A stretch of DNA of 24,106 nucleotides from IMG/VR virus record IMGVR_UViG_3300047272_000336, positions 1-24,106 of that record; one strand, 5' to 3'. Positions 7,148 through 15,919 of the stretch are shown here, in pieces. The position numbers and the translations under genes were made by a program. The DNA comes from a virus. Lineage: Duplodnaviria; Caudoviricetes. The notes below the pieces were generated by a model that did no database searches, was not told where the DNA came from, and was given only the letters and a program-made list of their open reading frames with translations. The first letter of the stretch is position 1; the number at the start of each line of letters is the position of its first letter.

Positions 7148-7285
7148 ATGACCCCCTGCAAACACCGCTGGACCTTCATCGACATAACCCAGCGCAAAGA
7201 ATTCCACCGCGTCGGCATGCACATGCTGTACTGCCTGCGCTGCTATGAGGCGCGCTTGGCGCAGTTGACGGGGGTGAGCGAATGA
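7148..7285 (+). CDS. 45-aa Cys/His protein (CKH...CLRC; not in ORF track)
   Basis: Translates MTPCKHRWTFIDITQRKEFHRVGMHMLYCLRCYEARLAQLTGVSE; stop overlaps the next ATG (ATGA). Confidence 0.6.
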   Translation: MTPCKHRWTFIDITQRKEFHRVGMHMLYCLRCYEARLAQLTGVSE

Positions 7286-7536
7286 CCCGCGAAGACATCA
7301 TCAAGCTGGCGCGTGAGGCTCGCATGGAGCAGGACGGCGATAACTTCTTTTCGCCTGGACACGAAGAGATTGATGTGCACATCACAGACTTGGAGCGCTT
7401 TGCCCAGCTGGTCGCCGCAGCCGAGCGCGAGGCCTGCGCGAAGGTGTGTGAAGAACGATGCACAGGTCAAGGGTTGCCGTTTGTCATGGCGGCAGCAAAT
7501 TGCGCTGAAGCAATCCGCGCAAGGGGCACGGCTTGA
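7282..7536 (+). CDS. Phage hypothetical protein (MTREDII...AEREACAKVC...AIRARG family)
   Basis: Recurrent small phage protein pattern; coupled to both neighbours. Confidence 0.8.
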   Translation: MTREDIIKLAREARMEQDGDNFFSPGHEEIDVHITDLERFAQLVAAAEREACAKVCEERCTGQGLPFVMAAANCAEAIRARGTA

Positions 7537-8870
7537 ACCTCAACGAATACCAACCCCGCAGCGTCTTTGTCCCGCTGCACAACCGCGACAAGCGCTGGAC
7601 CGTGGTGGTTGCCCACCGCCGCTGCGGCAAGACGGTGGCCATGTGCGCTGACCTGGTGATCGGCGCGCTCGAGACAGCATTGCCCAAACCGCAGTTTGCT
7701 TACATGGCCCCGCAGCGCGATCAGGCCAAGCGTGTGGCATGGACCTACCTCAAGGACCTGACGCGTCCGATGTGGAGCAAGCCGCCCAACGAGTCCGAGC
7801 TCAAGATCACGATCAACAACGGCCACGGTGGTGAGTCAACAATCTATGTGGCCGGCGCGGACAACTACGACGCCCTGCGCGGTATGTACTTTGACGGCGT
7901 GGTGTTGGATGAGGTTGGCCAGATCAGACCGAGCGCCTGGTACAAGGTTTTGCGTCCCGCGCTGTCAGACCGCCGCGGCTGGGCCATCTTTGCCGGCACA
8001 CCGGCAGGCAAGAACATGTTTTGGAATTTGCGCGAAGAGGCGCGCATGAACCAAAACACTCACATGCTGATCGAGCTGCCCGCGAGCAAGACCGGAATCA
8101 TTCACCCCGACGAATTGCGCGACGCCAAGGCTCAGATGACTGAGGAGGCGTTCTTGGTCGAATACGAGTGCTCGTTCGACGCCGCCGTGCCTGGCGCGTA
8201 CTACGCCAAGCAGATTGGCGACGCGTATGCCGATGGCCGCATTGGCGCGCACAAGATCGATCCCGAGCTGCCCGTCAACTTGGTGGCCGACTTGGGCTAC
8301 ACCGACAGCTGCTCATGGTGGGGCTGGCAAGAGACGCCTGACGGCTACCGGATTGTCGATTTCATGGAAGACGACAACCAGCCGATCAAGCATTACATCG
8401 ACTGGGTGAAGTCACGGCCCTACAAGGTCAACCATGTGTACCTGCCGCACGACGCCAAGGCCAAGAGCTTGCAGACCGGCAAGTCGATCGTTGAGCAGTT
8501 CCTGCAAAACGGCATTCAGCCAAGGCTTGTGCCTGAGATGTCGTTGCAGGATGGCATCGAGGCGGCGCGCATGATCCTGCCCGACTGCTGGTTTGATGAG
8601 GAGCCGACCTATGACGGGGTCGATCACCTGCGTGCGTACATGCGTGAGTGGGATGAAAGAACGCAGACCTACCGCAACAAGCCCAAGCATGACCAGCACT
8701 CGCACGCGTCCGACAGTTTCCGATACCTAGCGCTCGCTGCGCGCAAAACGGTGAGGAAATCTAAAGGGGGGCATAAAATCACAAGCAAGCAGTCAGGCGG
8801 CGCAAATTACCAGTTCGCCCTTGACGATATTTGGGACACAGGTCCCGTCCAGTCAGGAAGGATTGGTTGA
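7533..8870 (+). CDS. terL: Terminase large subunit
   Basis: Walker A HRRCGKT, LRG...Walker B VVLDE, motif III GTP, nuclease DLG...D and HASDSFRY; TTG start. Confidence 0.96.
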   Translation: MNLNEYQPRSVFVPLHNRDKRWTVVVAHRRCGKTVAMCADLVIGALETALPKPQFAYMAPQRDQAKRVAWTYLKDLTRPMWSKPPNESELKITINNGHGGESTIYVAGADNYDALRGMYFDGVVLDEVGQIRPSAWYKVLRPALSDRRGWAIFAGTPAGKNMFWNLREEARMNQNTHMLIELPASKTGIIHPDELRDAKAQMTEEAFLVEYECSFDAAVPGAYYAKQIGDAYADGRIGAHKIDPELPVNLVADLGYTDSCSWWGWQETPDGYRIVDFMEDDNQPIKHYIDWVKSRPYKVNHVYLPHDAKAKSLQTGKSIVEQFLQNGIQPRLVPEMSLQDGIEAARMILPDCWFDEEPTYDGVDHLRAYMREWDERTQTYRNKPKHDQHSHASDSFRYLALAARKTVRKSKGGHKITSKQSGGANYQFALDDIWDTGPVQSGRIG

Positions 8871-11113
8871 TGGCACAAGGCAACATCACAAGCGCGGAAG
8901 ATTTCAAGAACACACCGCAGGGCTTGGCCCAGCGTTGGACAACTGAAATCAGCGCCTCCAAGCAGGAGCTGACCAAGTTCCATGAAGATTCAAAGAGGAT
9001 CGTTCACCGATACCTCGACAAGCGCGACGACTTTGGCCGTGACCAGTCCCGCGTCAACCTGTTTTGGTCAACCATGCAGGTGCTGCTGTCGATGCTGTAC
9101 GCACGGCCACCACGCGCCGATGTGTCACGCAGCTGGCAGGACTCTGAGGACGACACCGCACGCGTTGCCGGCACGATCATGCAGCGCTTGCTCAACCGTT
9201 CGTTTGACGACAATGTGTCGCCCTGGGACGCGACGGTGCGCAATGGCATCGAGGACTGGCTGACTGTTGGCATGGGCCAGATGTGGCTGCGCTACGAGGT
9301 GGTCACCGAGCCCTACACCATTGAGGCCGTGGTCGATCCAATGTCGGGCATGGTGCTCTCGCCCGAGACAGAGGCCGAGCGCATCGTCAGCGAAGACGCC
9401 CCCTGCGATTATGTTTACTGGAACGACTTCTTTTGGTCACCAGCACGCACATGGGGTGAGGTTCGCTGGGTTGCGCGCCGCGTCTACATGACCAAAGACC
9501 AGTTGGTCGAGCGCTTTGGCAAAGACATCGCCAACATCGTCCCGCTGACCCGCCCCAACAAAGACGGCAACACCCGCAACGACTCACCCGAATACGACCC
9601 ATGGAACAAGGGTGAAGTGTTCGAGATTTGGTGCAAGGAAAACAAGAAGGTCTACTGGTACGCCAACGGCGCAGAAGTCATCTTGGATGTGAAGGATGAC
9701 CCCCTCGGCCTCGAAAACTTCTTCCCCTGCCCCAAGCCTCTGTGCGCGAATGTCACCACCAGCAATTTCATGCCGCGTGCTGACTACATCTTTGCTCAAG
9801 ACCAGTTCAACGAGCTCGATGAAATCAACACCCGCATCACCTGGCTCACCCGCGCAGCCAAGGTTGCTGGCGTGTACGACAAGACTGCCGGCGATTCTGT
9901 TGGCCGCATGTTCTCGCAGGCTGCTGAGAACCAGCTGATCCCCGTGGACAACTGGGCAATGTTTGCCGAGGCCGGCGGTGTGAAGGGCAAGATCGATTTC
10001 GCACCGATCGACCAAGTGGTCAACTGCATCAACCAGCTGCGTCAGTACCGCCAAGACAAAGTCATGCAGATTTACGAAGTCTTGGGCGTGTCCGATGTGA
10101 TGCGCGGCTCAAGCAAAGCAAGCGAAACAGCCACCGCGCAGCAAATCAAGGCGCAGTTTGGCTCGACACGCGTGCAGTTGAAGCAGTTCTACATCGCTGA
10201 GTGGATTTGCAATGGCTTGCGCATCAAGGCCGAGATCATCTGCAAGCATTTCCAGCCTGAGACGATGATCAAGCGCAGCAACATCGAGCGCACGCCCGAT
10301 GTGCAGTATGTCCAGGGCGCGATTGAGCTGCTCAAGAACGAAGAAATGGCCGAGTACCGCATCAACATCGAGGCTGACTCGATGGCGGCACTTGATTGGG
10401 CAGCAGAGCGCGACGCAGCTGTGCAGTTCTTGCAGGGCATGGGCGCATTTGTGTCGCAAGTCGCACCGATGGCGCAGCAAAACCCCGAGGCAGCGCCTGT
10501 TCTGATGAAGTTGCTGCAATGGGGCGTGGCCAAGTTCCGCGTCTCGACCGAAATTGAGTCGGTTCTCGACCAGGCGATCGCGTCAATGCAGCAAAAGATG
10601 CAGCAACCACCTCCACCGCCCCAGCCAAGCATCGACCAGCAGATCGAGCTCAAGAAAATCGAGACACAACAGCAGATTGCCTTGCTCGACTCGCAGACCG
10701 ACAAGGAAATCGCTGGCCTCAAGGGCGCGATCGAGCTCCAGAAGACCGAGATGCAGGCCAAGATGGATCAGATGCAACAGAATTTCGAAAACATTCGCGA
10801 GATGTTGCAGTTGAACCCCGAAGCGGGCTCAAAGATTGGCGATTTGCTCGACAACATGCACACGATCGCGAGCGGCGCGCTGAACACACAGATTCAGACG
10901 CAGCAACAGCTCGCGCAAGTGATGGATGCACTCAATCGCAAGAAGCGCCGCGTGCCTGTTCGCGATCCGCAGACTGGCGACATCCTCGAAGTGCGCGAAG
11001 TGGACGACGAGCCTGCGTTGTTGCCTGGTACAGAGGCCGCGTTGGCTGGTGGCGCACCGCTACCACCCGCAGTCACACCGCAGATCGCTCAGCAACCACA
11101 AATGCCCATGTAA
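8870..11113 (+). CDS. Portal protein with long Gln-rich C-terminal extension
   Basis: 747 aa directly after TerL; DFFW/EVRWVARR, FFPCP and ETATAQ segments. Start reassigned to 8870 (TGATG overlap). Confidence 0.85.
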   Translation: MAQGNITSAEDFKNTPQGLAQRWTTEISASKQELTKFHEDSKRIVHRYLDKRDDFGRDQSRVNLFWSTMQVLLSMLYARPPRADVSRSWQDSEDDTARVAGTIMQRLLNRSFDDNVSPWDATVRNGIEDWLTVGMGQMWLRYEVVTEPYTIEAVVDPMSGMVLSPETEAERIVSEDAPCDYVYWNDFFWSPARTWGEVRWVARRVYMTKDQLVERFGKDIANIVPLTRPNKDGNTRNDSPEYDPWNKGEVFEIWCKENKKVYWYANGAEVILDVKDDPLGLENFFPCPKPLCANVTTSNFMPRADYIFAQDQFNELDEINTRITWLTRAAKVAGVYDKTAGDSVGRMFSQAAENQLIPVDNWAMFAEAGGVKGKIDFAPIDQVVNCINQLRQYRQDKVMQIYEVLGVSDVMRGSSKASETATAQQIKAQFGSTRVQLKQFYIAEWICNGLRIKAEIICKHFQPETMIKRSNIERTPDVQYVQGAIELLKNEEMAEYRINIEADSMAALDWAAERDAAVQFLQGMGAFVSQVAPMAQQNPEAAPVLMKLLQWGVAKFRVSTEIESVLDQAIASMQQKMQQPPPPPQPSIDQQIELKKIETQQQIALLDSQTDKEIAGLKGAIELQKTEMQAKMDQMQQNFENIREMLQLNPEAGSKIGDLLDNMHTIASGALNTQIQTQQQLAQVMDALNRKKRRVPVRDPQTGDILEVREVDDEPALLPGTEAALAGGAPLPPAVTPQIAQQPQMPM

Positions 11114-11123
11114 GGAGTAAGAA

Positions 11124-11507
11124 ATGGCAGTTAACTATTCAACCGCAGCGAAGAACGCCCGCCTCGAGGGCGTGATCAACACCATCGACGCCGGCTCTGG
11201 CCCAGGCGTGCTGCAAATCGGCACGGCGGCCATGGCCGTGGTGTTGGCAGAGATCACCTTGGCTGACCCTTGCGGCACGGCCTCTGGCGGCGTGCTGACC
11301 TTCTCGGGTTTCCCCCGCAGCGACACCACCGCCAACAACACCGGCGTGGCTGCTGCTGCTCGCTTTCGCGACAGCAACGGCAACGATGTGATCACCGGCT
11401 TGACCGTGGGCACGCCTGGCTCTGGTGCTGACCTGATTTTGGACACAACCAACATCGACGCCGGCGAAATCGTCACGCTCAACAGCGCGACCATCACCGC
11501 CAACTGA
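11124..11507 (+). CDS. Putative virion structural protein (Gly/Ala/Thr-rich, beta-type)
   Basis: TAAGGAG SD; composition typical of fibre or decoration proteins. Confidence 0.7.
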   Translation: MAVNYSTAAKNARLEGVINTIDAGSGPGVLQIGTAAMAVVLAEITLADPCGTASGGVLTFSGFPRSDTTANNTGVAAAARFRDSNGNDVITGLTVGTPGSGADLILDTTNIDAGEIVTLNSATITAN

Positions 11508-11519
11508 TAGGGGCGCGGC

Positions 11520-12398
11520 GTGGCGCAATGGGGCTCAGCGATATGGGATCAGTCCTATTGGGACATGGTCTACGGCACGCTGGCCGCAACCGAGTCCGGT
11601 ACTGACACATTTGCAGGTGAGGGCGATGTCCAGCTCACCGGCTATTTGGCGGCCACAGAGACGGGCGTCGATACCTTCTCGGCCACGGGCACAGTTGAAG
11701 TCCAAGGCTACATGGCCGCAGTTGAGACTGGGGTCGATGTCTTTGCAGCAACAGGCACGGTCGAGGTGCAAGGCTACTTGGCCGCGACTGAAACAGGTGT
11801 CGATGTTTTCTCTGCCACCGGTGATGTTGAAGTTGCCGGCTATTTGGCAGCGACTGAGACGGGCGTCGATGTCTTCTCCGGTGAGGGTGATGTTGGCGTG
11901 GCCGGTTATCTGGCCGCTGTCGAGACAGAAGTCGATGTGTTCGCGGCCACCGGCACAGTCACACCACAACCAACACCTGTGCCCGTCATCACCGCCGACA
12001 TTGGCCCAGGTGATGAGAAGCAGCGACGCAAAGCACAGAAGAAACGCGACGAAGCATTTGAGCGCGAGAAGCTCGAGCGCAGCAAGTTGCGTGAAGAGAT
12101 CGAGCGCGTCATCAATCCGGTGGTGGCCAAGGCTGAGCCCGTGGTGGTGTCAGAGGCCAAGAAGTCGGTGCAGGTGCTGTCAGTTGATGGCAGCCGCGTT
12201 GGCATTGATGTGCCTGCCGCGTTTGATGTTGCCGAGGTCGCACGCATGGTGGCCGAGGTGCTTGAAGAAGCAAAGATTGAGGCCATGCGCGTGCAGCGCA
12301 GGCAAGACGCAGAGCGCGCACTTGCGATCGCTCGCGTGACCGTGGCAAGGATAATTAAGCGCAAGCGAGACGATGAGCTCTTGCTGCTTTTGGATTGA
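11520..12398 (+). CDS. Repeat-containing putative virion protein with charged helical C-terminus
   Basis: GTG start; six 22-aa repeats; ends KRKRDDELLLLLD. Confidence 0.8.
   Translation: MAQWGSAIWDQSYWDMVYGTLAATESGTDTFAGEGDVQLTGYLAATETGVDTFSATGTVEVQGYMAAVETGVDVFAATGTVEVQGYLAATETGVDVFSATGDVEVAGYLAATETGVDVFSGEGDVGVAGYLAAVETEVDVFAATGTVTPQPTPVPVITADIGPGDEKQRRKAQKKRDEAFEREKLERSKLREEIERVINPVVAKAEPVVVSEAKKSVQVLSVDGSRVGIDVPAAFDVAEVARMVAEVLEEAKIEAMRVQRRQDAERALAIARVTVARIIKRKRDDELLLLLD
11574..11969 (+). repeat. Six degenerate 66-bp coding tandem repeats (GYLAATETGVDxFxxxGxVxVx)
   Basis: Units start at 11574 and 11640 and continue every 66 nt; synonymous positions have diverged. Confidence 0.92.
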
Positions 12399-12405
12399 GG
12401 TTCAC

Positions 12406-12768
12406 ATGAATACAGCAGAGCAATTTGTCTCTTTGGTTTTGTTGGCGCGTGATGTCACGCACCTGGCGCATTGGAAAACAAAGAGCTACGCGCAGCACAA
12501 AGCGCTCAACGAGTTTTATGACGGCGTGCTCGAGCTGATCGACGGTTTTGTCGAGCAGTATCAGGGCTACTACGGTGGCCGCATGGACATCAAGCGCGCC
12601 GAGGACGATGGCAAAGCGTCGCCCAAGGAAGTGCTCGAGTACCAATGCGAGTGGATCGAGATGAAGCGATACAGCATCTGCGCGAAAGAAGACACCGCGC
12701 TGCAAAACACCATTGATGAAATTTTGCGTCAGTACCAAAGCACGCTGTACATGTTGACGCTGGAGTGA
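12406..12768 (+). CDS. Ferritin/Dps-like four-helix protein (DUF5856-type)
   Basis: THLAHW, SYAQHKALNEFYD, IDGFVEQYQG, LQNTIDEI, LYMLT; GAGG SD before the ATG at 12406. Confidence 0.8.
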   Translation: MNTAEQFVSLVLLARDVTHLAHWKTKSYAQHKALNEFYDGVLELIDGFVEQYQGYYGGRMDIKRAEDDGKASPKEVLEYQCEWIEMKRYSICAKEDTALQNTIDEILRQYQSTLYMLTLE

Positions 12769-12772
12769 AGTG

Positions 12773-14278
12773 ATGGAAGAAACAATCGTTCAAGAAACGC
12801 CCGTCAAGCGCCAATGGGCAAAGGCTTTGTCAGACGCGTTGCGCGCAGCGCGTGACGCCGGCAACCGAATGGTTCCCGAAGATTTGCCGCTGGTAGGCGG
12901 CGCAAAGTTGGGCGACATGTTTTTGGGCCAAGCGCCTGAGGGTGCAGAGCGGTTGGCCTATGGCGAGCGCATGACATCAGGCCGTGGGCAAACGCTCCAG
13001 ATCAGGCCTGAAACGCTCGACTTGGCCACCTTGATTCCAATCCCTGGTGGTGGTCAAACCGGCATGGCTGCTCGCGCAGGTGGCAAGGTTGATGCTGCGA
13101 TCGGCGCGCTCAGAGCACCAAAGGTCAAACAAACCGTGGAGAACGCGCAGCGCATCGCCTACCCAGGCATCTACAAGCGCCCCGATGAAATCGCCCGCGA
13201 GGCGTCTGAAATGGTGGCTCCCGAAAACCCCATGCTCAAGCAGTTGTTTGGCGTGACTCGCGATGACCTGTATCAGATCAGCAAAGGGCGTCAGGGAAAC
13301 ATCAACCCCGTGTTGCCTGGCGCGGCTGCAAAGCCAAAAGGCAGCGCGGCTGCCGAAGGCGTGATGAACAAGCGCAACGAAAACCGAATTCTCAATACGC
13401 TGGGAGAAGCAGAGCAGCACCCCGAGCTTTACAAGGGCATGGTGGGTTGGTATGTGATGGACCCAGCCTTTCAGCGCTTGAAGGCGCTGGTGGGCGAAGA
13501 CGAGGCCATCAAGCGATACAGCCAGTTCAACGCATTGAGCGGCATGGCCTCACCTGGCAGCGATGTGCTGACTGAGTTCAACCGTGGCAGCGCGGCCAAC
13601 TGGTTGGCCAACGAAGGCCGGTTTGATGACTTTGTGAAGTACGCCGGCATGCCCGCAGATGCGCGCTATGGCCAGTTCCCCTCAGACATGATGGGGATCA
13701 TGGGTCACCCGTACCACAAGACCGCGCAAGCCCAGCCAATGCAAAAGTTTTTGGCCAAAGGTGAAGTGGACATGAAGTCGCCAAAGGTTCCGATGTACAT
13801 CGAGGCGAGCGGCGTGCCAGAGACAGGCTTTCAAACAGCCATGCCGGTGGGCGACGCGCATTGGTCGCGTGCTGTTGGCCTTGGCGACACGCGCACCAAT
13901 CAAGCCTATGGCGCAAGCGTGAGCACGCCTGAGATGTCGCAGCTCGGGCCATGGTGGCGTGATCGCATCGCGGCCAAGATGGGACTCGAATCAGTCCCAG
14001 CTCAAGCGCTTGCCTGGGGCACATTCGCCAAGCAGACAGGCGTTGACACACCTGTTGGCGCGCCCAAGCTGGAGCTGTTTGCGCAACAAATTGAGAAAGC
14101 AGCAAAGCGCATGGGCGTCACTCCTGAAACTGCTCGAGATTTGATTTTGACTGGCAAGGCTCACGCAGGCTTGGTTGGCCAAAACGGCGACATGAAAAAG
14201 ATGGTCGCTGATGAAGGGCGCAGAGCGCTTGTCTCTGCGTTGAGAAACAAATCCCAGAAGAAGGAAGAGGACGAATGA
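12773..14278 (+). CDS. Large hypothetical protein with a possible DNA glycosylase-like domain
   Basis: Long ORF with phage codon usage; ordered motifs GWY, ASP, PKVxxY, VGDAHWSR, PAQALAW. The function is inference. Confidence 0.6.
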   Translation: MEETIVQETPVKRQWAKALSDALRAARDAGNRMVPEDLPLVGGAKLGDMFLGQAPEGAERLAYGERMTSGRGQTLQIRPETLDLATLIPIPGGGQTGMAARAGGKVDAAIGALRAPKVKQTVENAQRIAYPGIYKRPDEIAREASEMVAPENPMLKQLFGVTRDDLYQISKGRQGNINPVLPGAAAKPKGSAAAEGVMNKRNENRILNTLGEAEQHPELYKGMVGWYVMDPAFQRLKALVGEDEAIKRYSQFNALSGMASPGSDVLTEFNRGSAANWLANEGRFDDFVKYAGMPADARYGQFPSDMMGIMGHPYHKTAQAQPMQKFLAKGEVDMKSPKVPMYIEASGVPETGFQTAMPVGDAHWSRAVGLGDTRTNQAYGASVSTPEMSQLGPWWRDRIAAKMGLESVPAQALAWGTFAKQTGVDTPVGAPKLELFAQQIEKAAKRMGVTPETARDLILTGKAHAGLVGQNGDMKKMVADEGRRALVSALRNKSQKKEEDE

Positions 14279-14601
14279 CACGACGCCGTTGGATTCAAGA
14301 CCGACACACGGGTGAGCTGATTGAAGTCACAGCTGACCATCAAGCCGAGCTACGCACCGACTCTGGTGCGCTGTGGGGCGATCGCTCCTATGACGGGCTC
14401 AAAGCGCCTGATGGCACAGACATCAGCTCGCGCTCAAAGCACCGCGAATACATGAAAGCCACCGGCCTCACGACAGCCGATGACTTCAAACAGACTTGGG
14501 CGAAAGCTCAAGTTGAACGAGAACGCGCCTACACACAGGGCGGCTCGTTCAGCAAGGCCGACATCGAGCGTGCCATTCATCAAGTTCAAAACAGAAGGTA
14601 A
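14275..14601 (+). CDS. Conserved phage head-region protein
   Basis: ATGA overlap; PDGTxISSRSKHREYMK pattern, commonly seen before scaffold genes. Confidence 0.8.
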   Translation: MTRRRWIQDRHTGELIEVTADHQAELRTDSGALWGDRSYDGLKAPDGTDISSRSKHREYMKATGLTTADDFKQTWAKAQVERERAYTQGGSFSKADIERAIHQVQNRR

Positions 14602-14607
14602 AAAAAT

Positions 14608-15732
14608 ATGAGCGAACCCACGACATCACTACGCGACGCAATCGAGTCCGCGCTTGAGGAGCCAGAGGCGGCAGCACCAGCTGCACAAGCAACACCTGAA
14701 CCGGCTGCACCAGTCGAATCAGAGCCTGTTGCTGTCGAAAGCGCAGAGCCTGCCGGCGAGCCTGCTGCCGATTTGAACGCACTTGCCGAAGGCGGCGAGG
14801 CTGACAACGAACAGGTTCAACAACCCGAGCGCGACGAGCAAGGAAAATTTAAGAAGACCGATGGCGTGACGCCTGGACCCAAGGCCGAGCCAAAGCAGCA
14901 AGCTGCCAAGGCTCCTGCGTCATGGCGTCCCGAGGTGCGCGAGCATTGGAATCAGCTGCCCGACACCGTGCGCGGTGAAATCGCTCGCCGTGAGTCCGAG
15001 GTGGCCCGCACCCTGCAAGAAACCGCAGAAGCGCGCAAGACTGCCGAGGCGGTGATGAAGACGATCGCCCCGTATGAGGCATTCATCAAGGCCGAAAACA
15101 GCTCGCCCTTGCAGGCAATCGACAACCTGATGAGCACGGCGGCGCGTTTGCGCACCGGCACAGCGCCCGAGCTGGCGACCTTGGTGGCCGGCATCGTGCA
15201 GCAGTTCGGCGTTGGCCGATTCGGCAATGGGTTTATCGAAGCGCTCGATTCAGCGCTGGCAGGGCAAACACCACGCCTTGATCCCCAGCAGGCCGCGATT
15301 GACCAAGTGCTCAACCAGCGCCTGGCTCCGATCCAAAGCATGTTTCAGCAGTTCCAGAGCGCTCAGCAGCAGCAACAACAACTCGTTGCACAACAAGCGC
15401 AAAGCGAAGTTGAGCAGTTTTTGAACCAATCCGAGTTTGGCAACGATGTGCGCGAGGACATGGCCGACTTGCTCGAGGCCGCACAACGCCGTGGCCAGTC
15501 CATGACCTTGAAACAAGCCTACGACAAGGCTTGCATGCTCAATGACAGCGTGGCCAAGGTGATGCAGCAGCGTCGCCTATCGCAAGGTGCTCAAGTGCAG
15601 ACCCAAGCAGCTCAGCGCGCCAGGTCGGCTGCGGTGAGCGTTTCCGGTAGCGCGCCGGTGGGTGCATTGCAGCAACCCGCCACCGATGTGCGCTCTGCGA
15701 TCGAGGCAGCTATTCAGATGTCCTCACGCTGA
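14608..15732 (+). CDS. Putative capsid scaffolding protein
   Basis: Acidic Pro/Ala-rich N-terminus, RDEQGKF, APASW, helical body; immediately upstream of the capsid gene. Confidence 0.8.
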   Translation: MSEPTTSLRDAIESALEEPEAAAPAAQATPEPAAPVESEPVAVESAEPAGEPAADLNALAEGGEADNEQVQQPERDEQGKFKKTDGVTPGPKAEPKQQAAKAPASWRPEVREHWNQLPDTVRGEIARRESEVARTLQETAEARKTAEAVMKTIAPYEAFIKAENSSPLQAIDNLMSTAARLRTGTAPELATLVAGIVQQFGVGRFGNGFIEALDSALAGQTPRLDPQQAAIDQVLNQRLAPIQSMFQQFQSAQQQQQQLVAQQAQSEVEQFLNQSEFGNDVREDMADLLEAAQRRGQSMTLKQAYDKACMLNDSVAKVMQQRRLSQGAQVQTQAAQRARSAAVSVSGSAPVGALQQPATDVRSAIEAAIQMSSR

Positions 15733-15741
15733 TGCCATAAT
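15713..15741 (+). promoter_or_regulatory. Putative promoter TTCAGA-N17-CATAAT with extended -10 TG
   Basis: TTCAGA at 15713-18, TG at 15733-34, CATAAT at 15736-41, upstream of the capsid leader. Confidence 0.4.
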
Positions 15742-15914
15742 CACACCACGGGGCAAGAAATTGTCCTTGGTGTGCCCAAGCACCCCAGCCACCGCATGAT
15801 CTTAGGAGACGCCAAGGCGTCCCACCTACGACGAAGTCGGACTGTGAAAGGTTCGCGTAGGCGCATCTGAAAAAAGGTGAGCGCAAGCTCGTTTTCAATC
15901 AGATGAAGGATCAT
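15742..15914 (+). ncRNA. Structured RNA leader of the major capsid gene (unassigned family)
   Basis: Four hairpins, two capped by GNRA loops (GAAA, GCAA), plus a long-range stem 15796-15803/15907-15914 over the SD. Confidence 0.65.
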
Positions 15915-15919
15915 CAATC

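Noticed and set aside
11574-11969. DGR template/variable repeat or CRISPR array
   Set aside because: These are in-frame coding repeats with mainly synonymous divergence, not adenine-specific changes. No reverse transcriptase is in the window.
15742-15914. tRNA or known riboswitch (c-di-GMP, SAM, SAH)
   Set aside because: No tRNA cloverleaf dimensions or CCA end, and the conserved cores I recall for those riboswitches are not present. An Rfam search is still needed.
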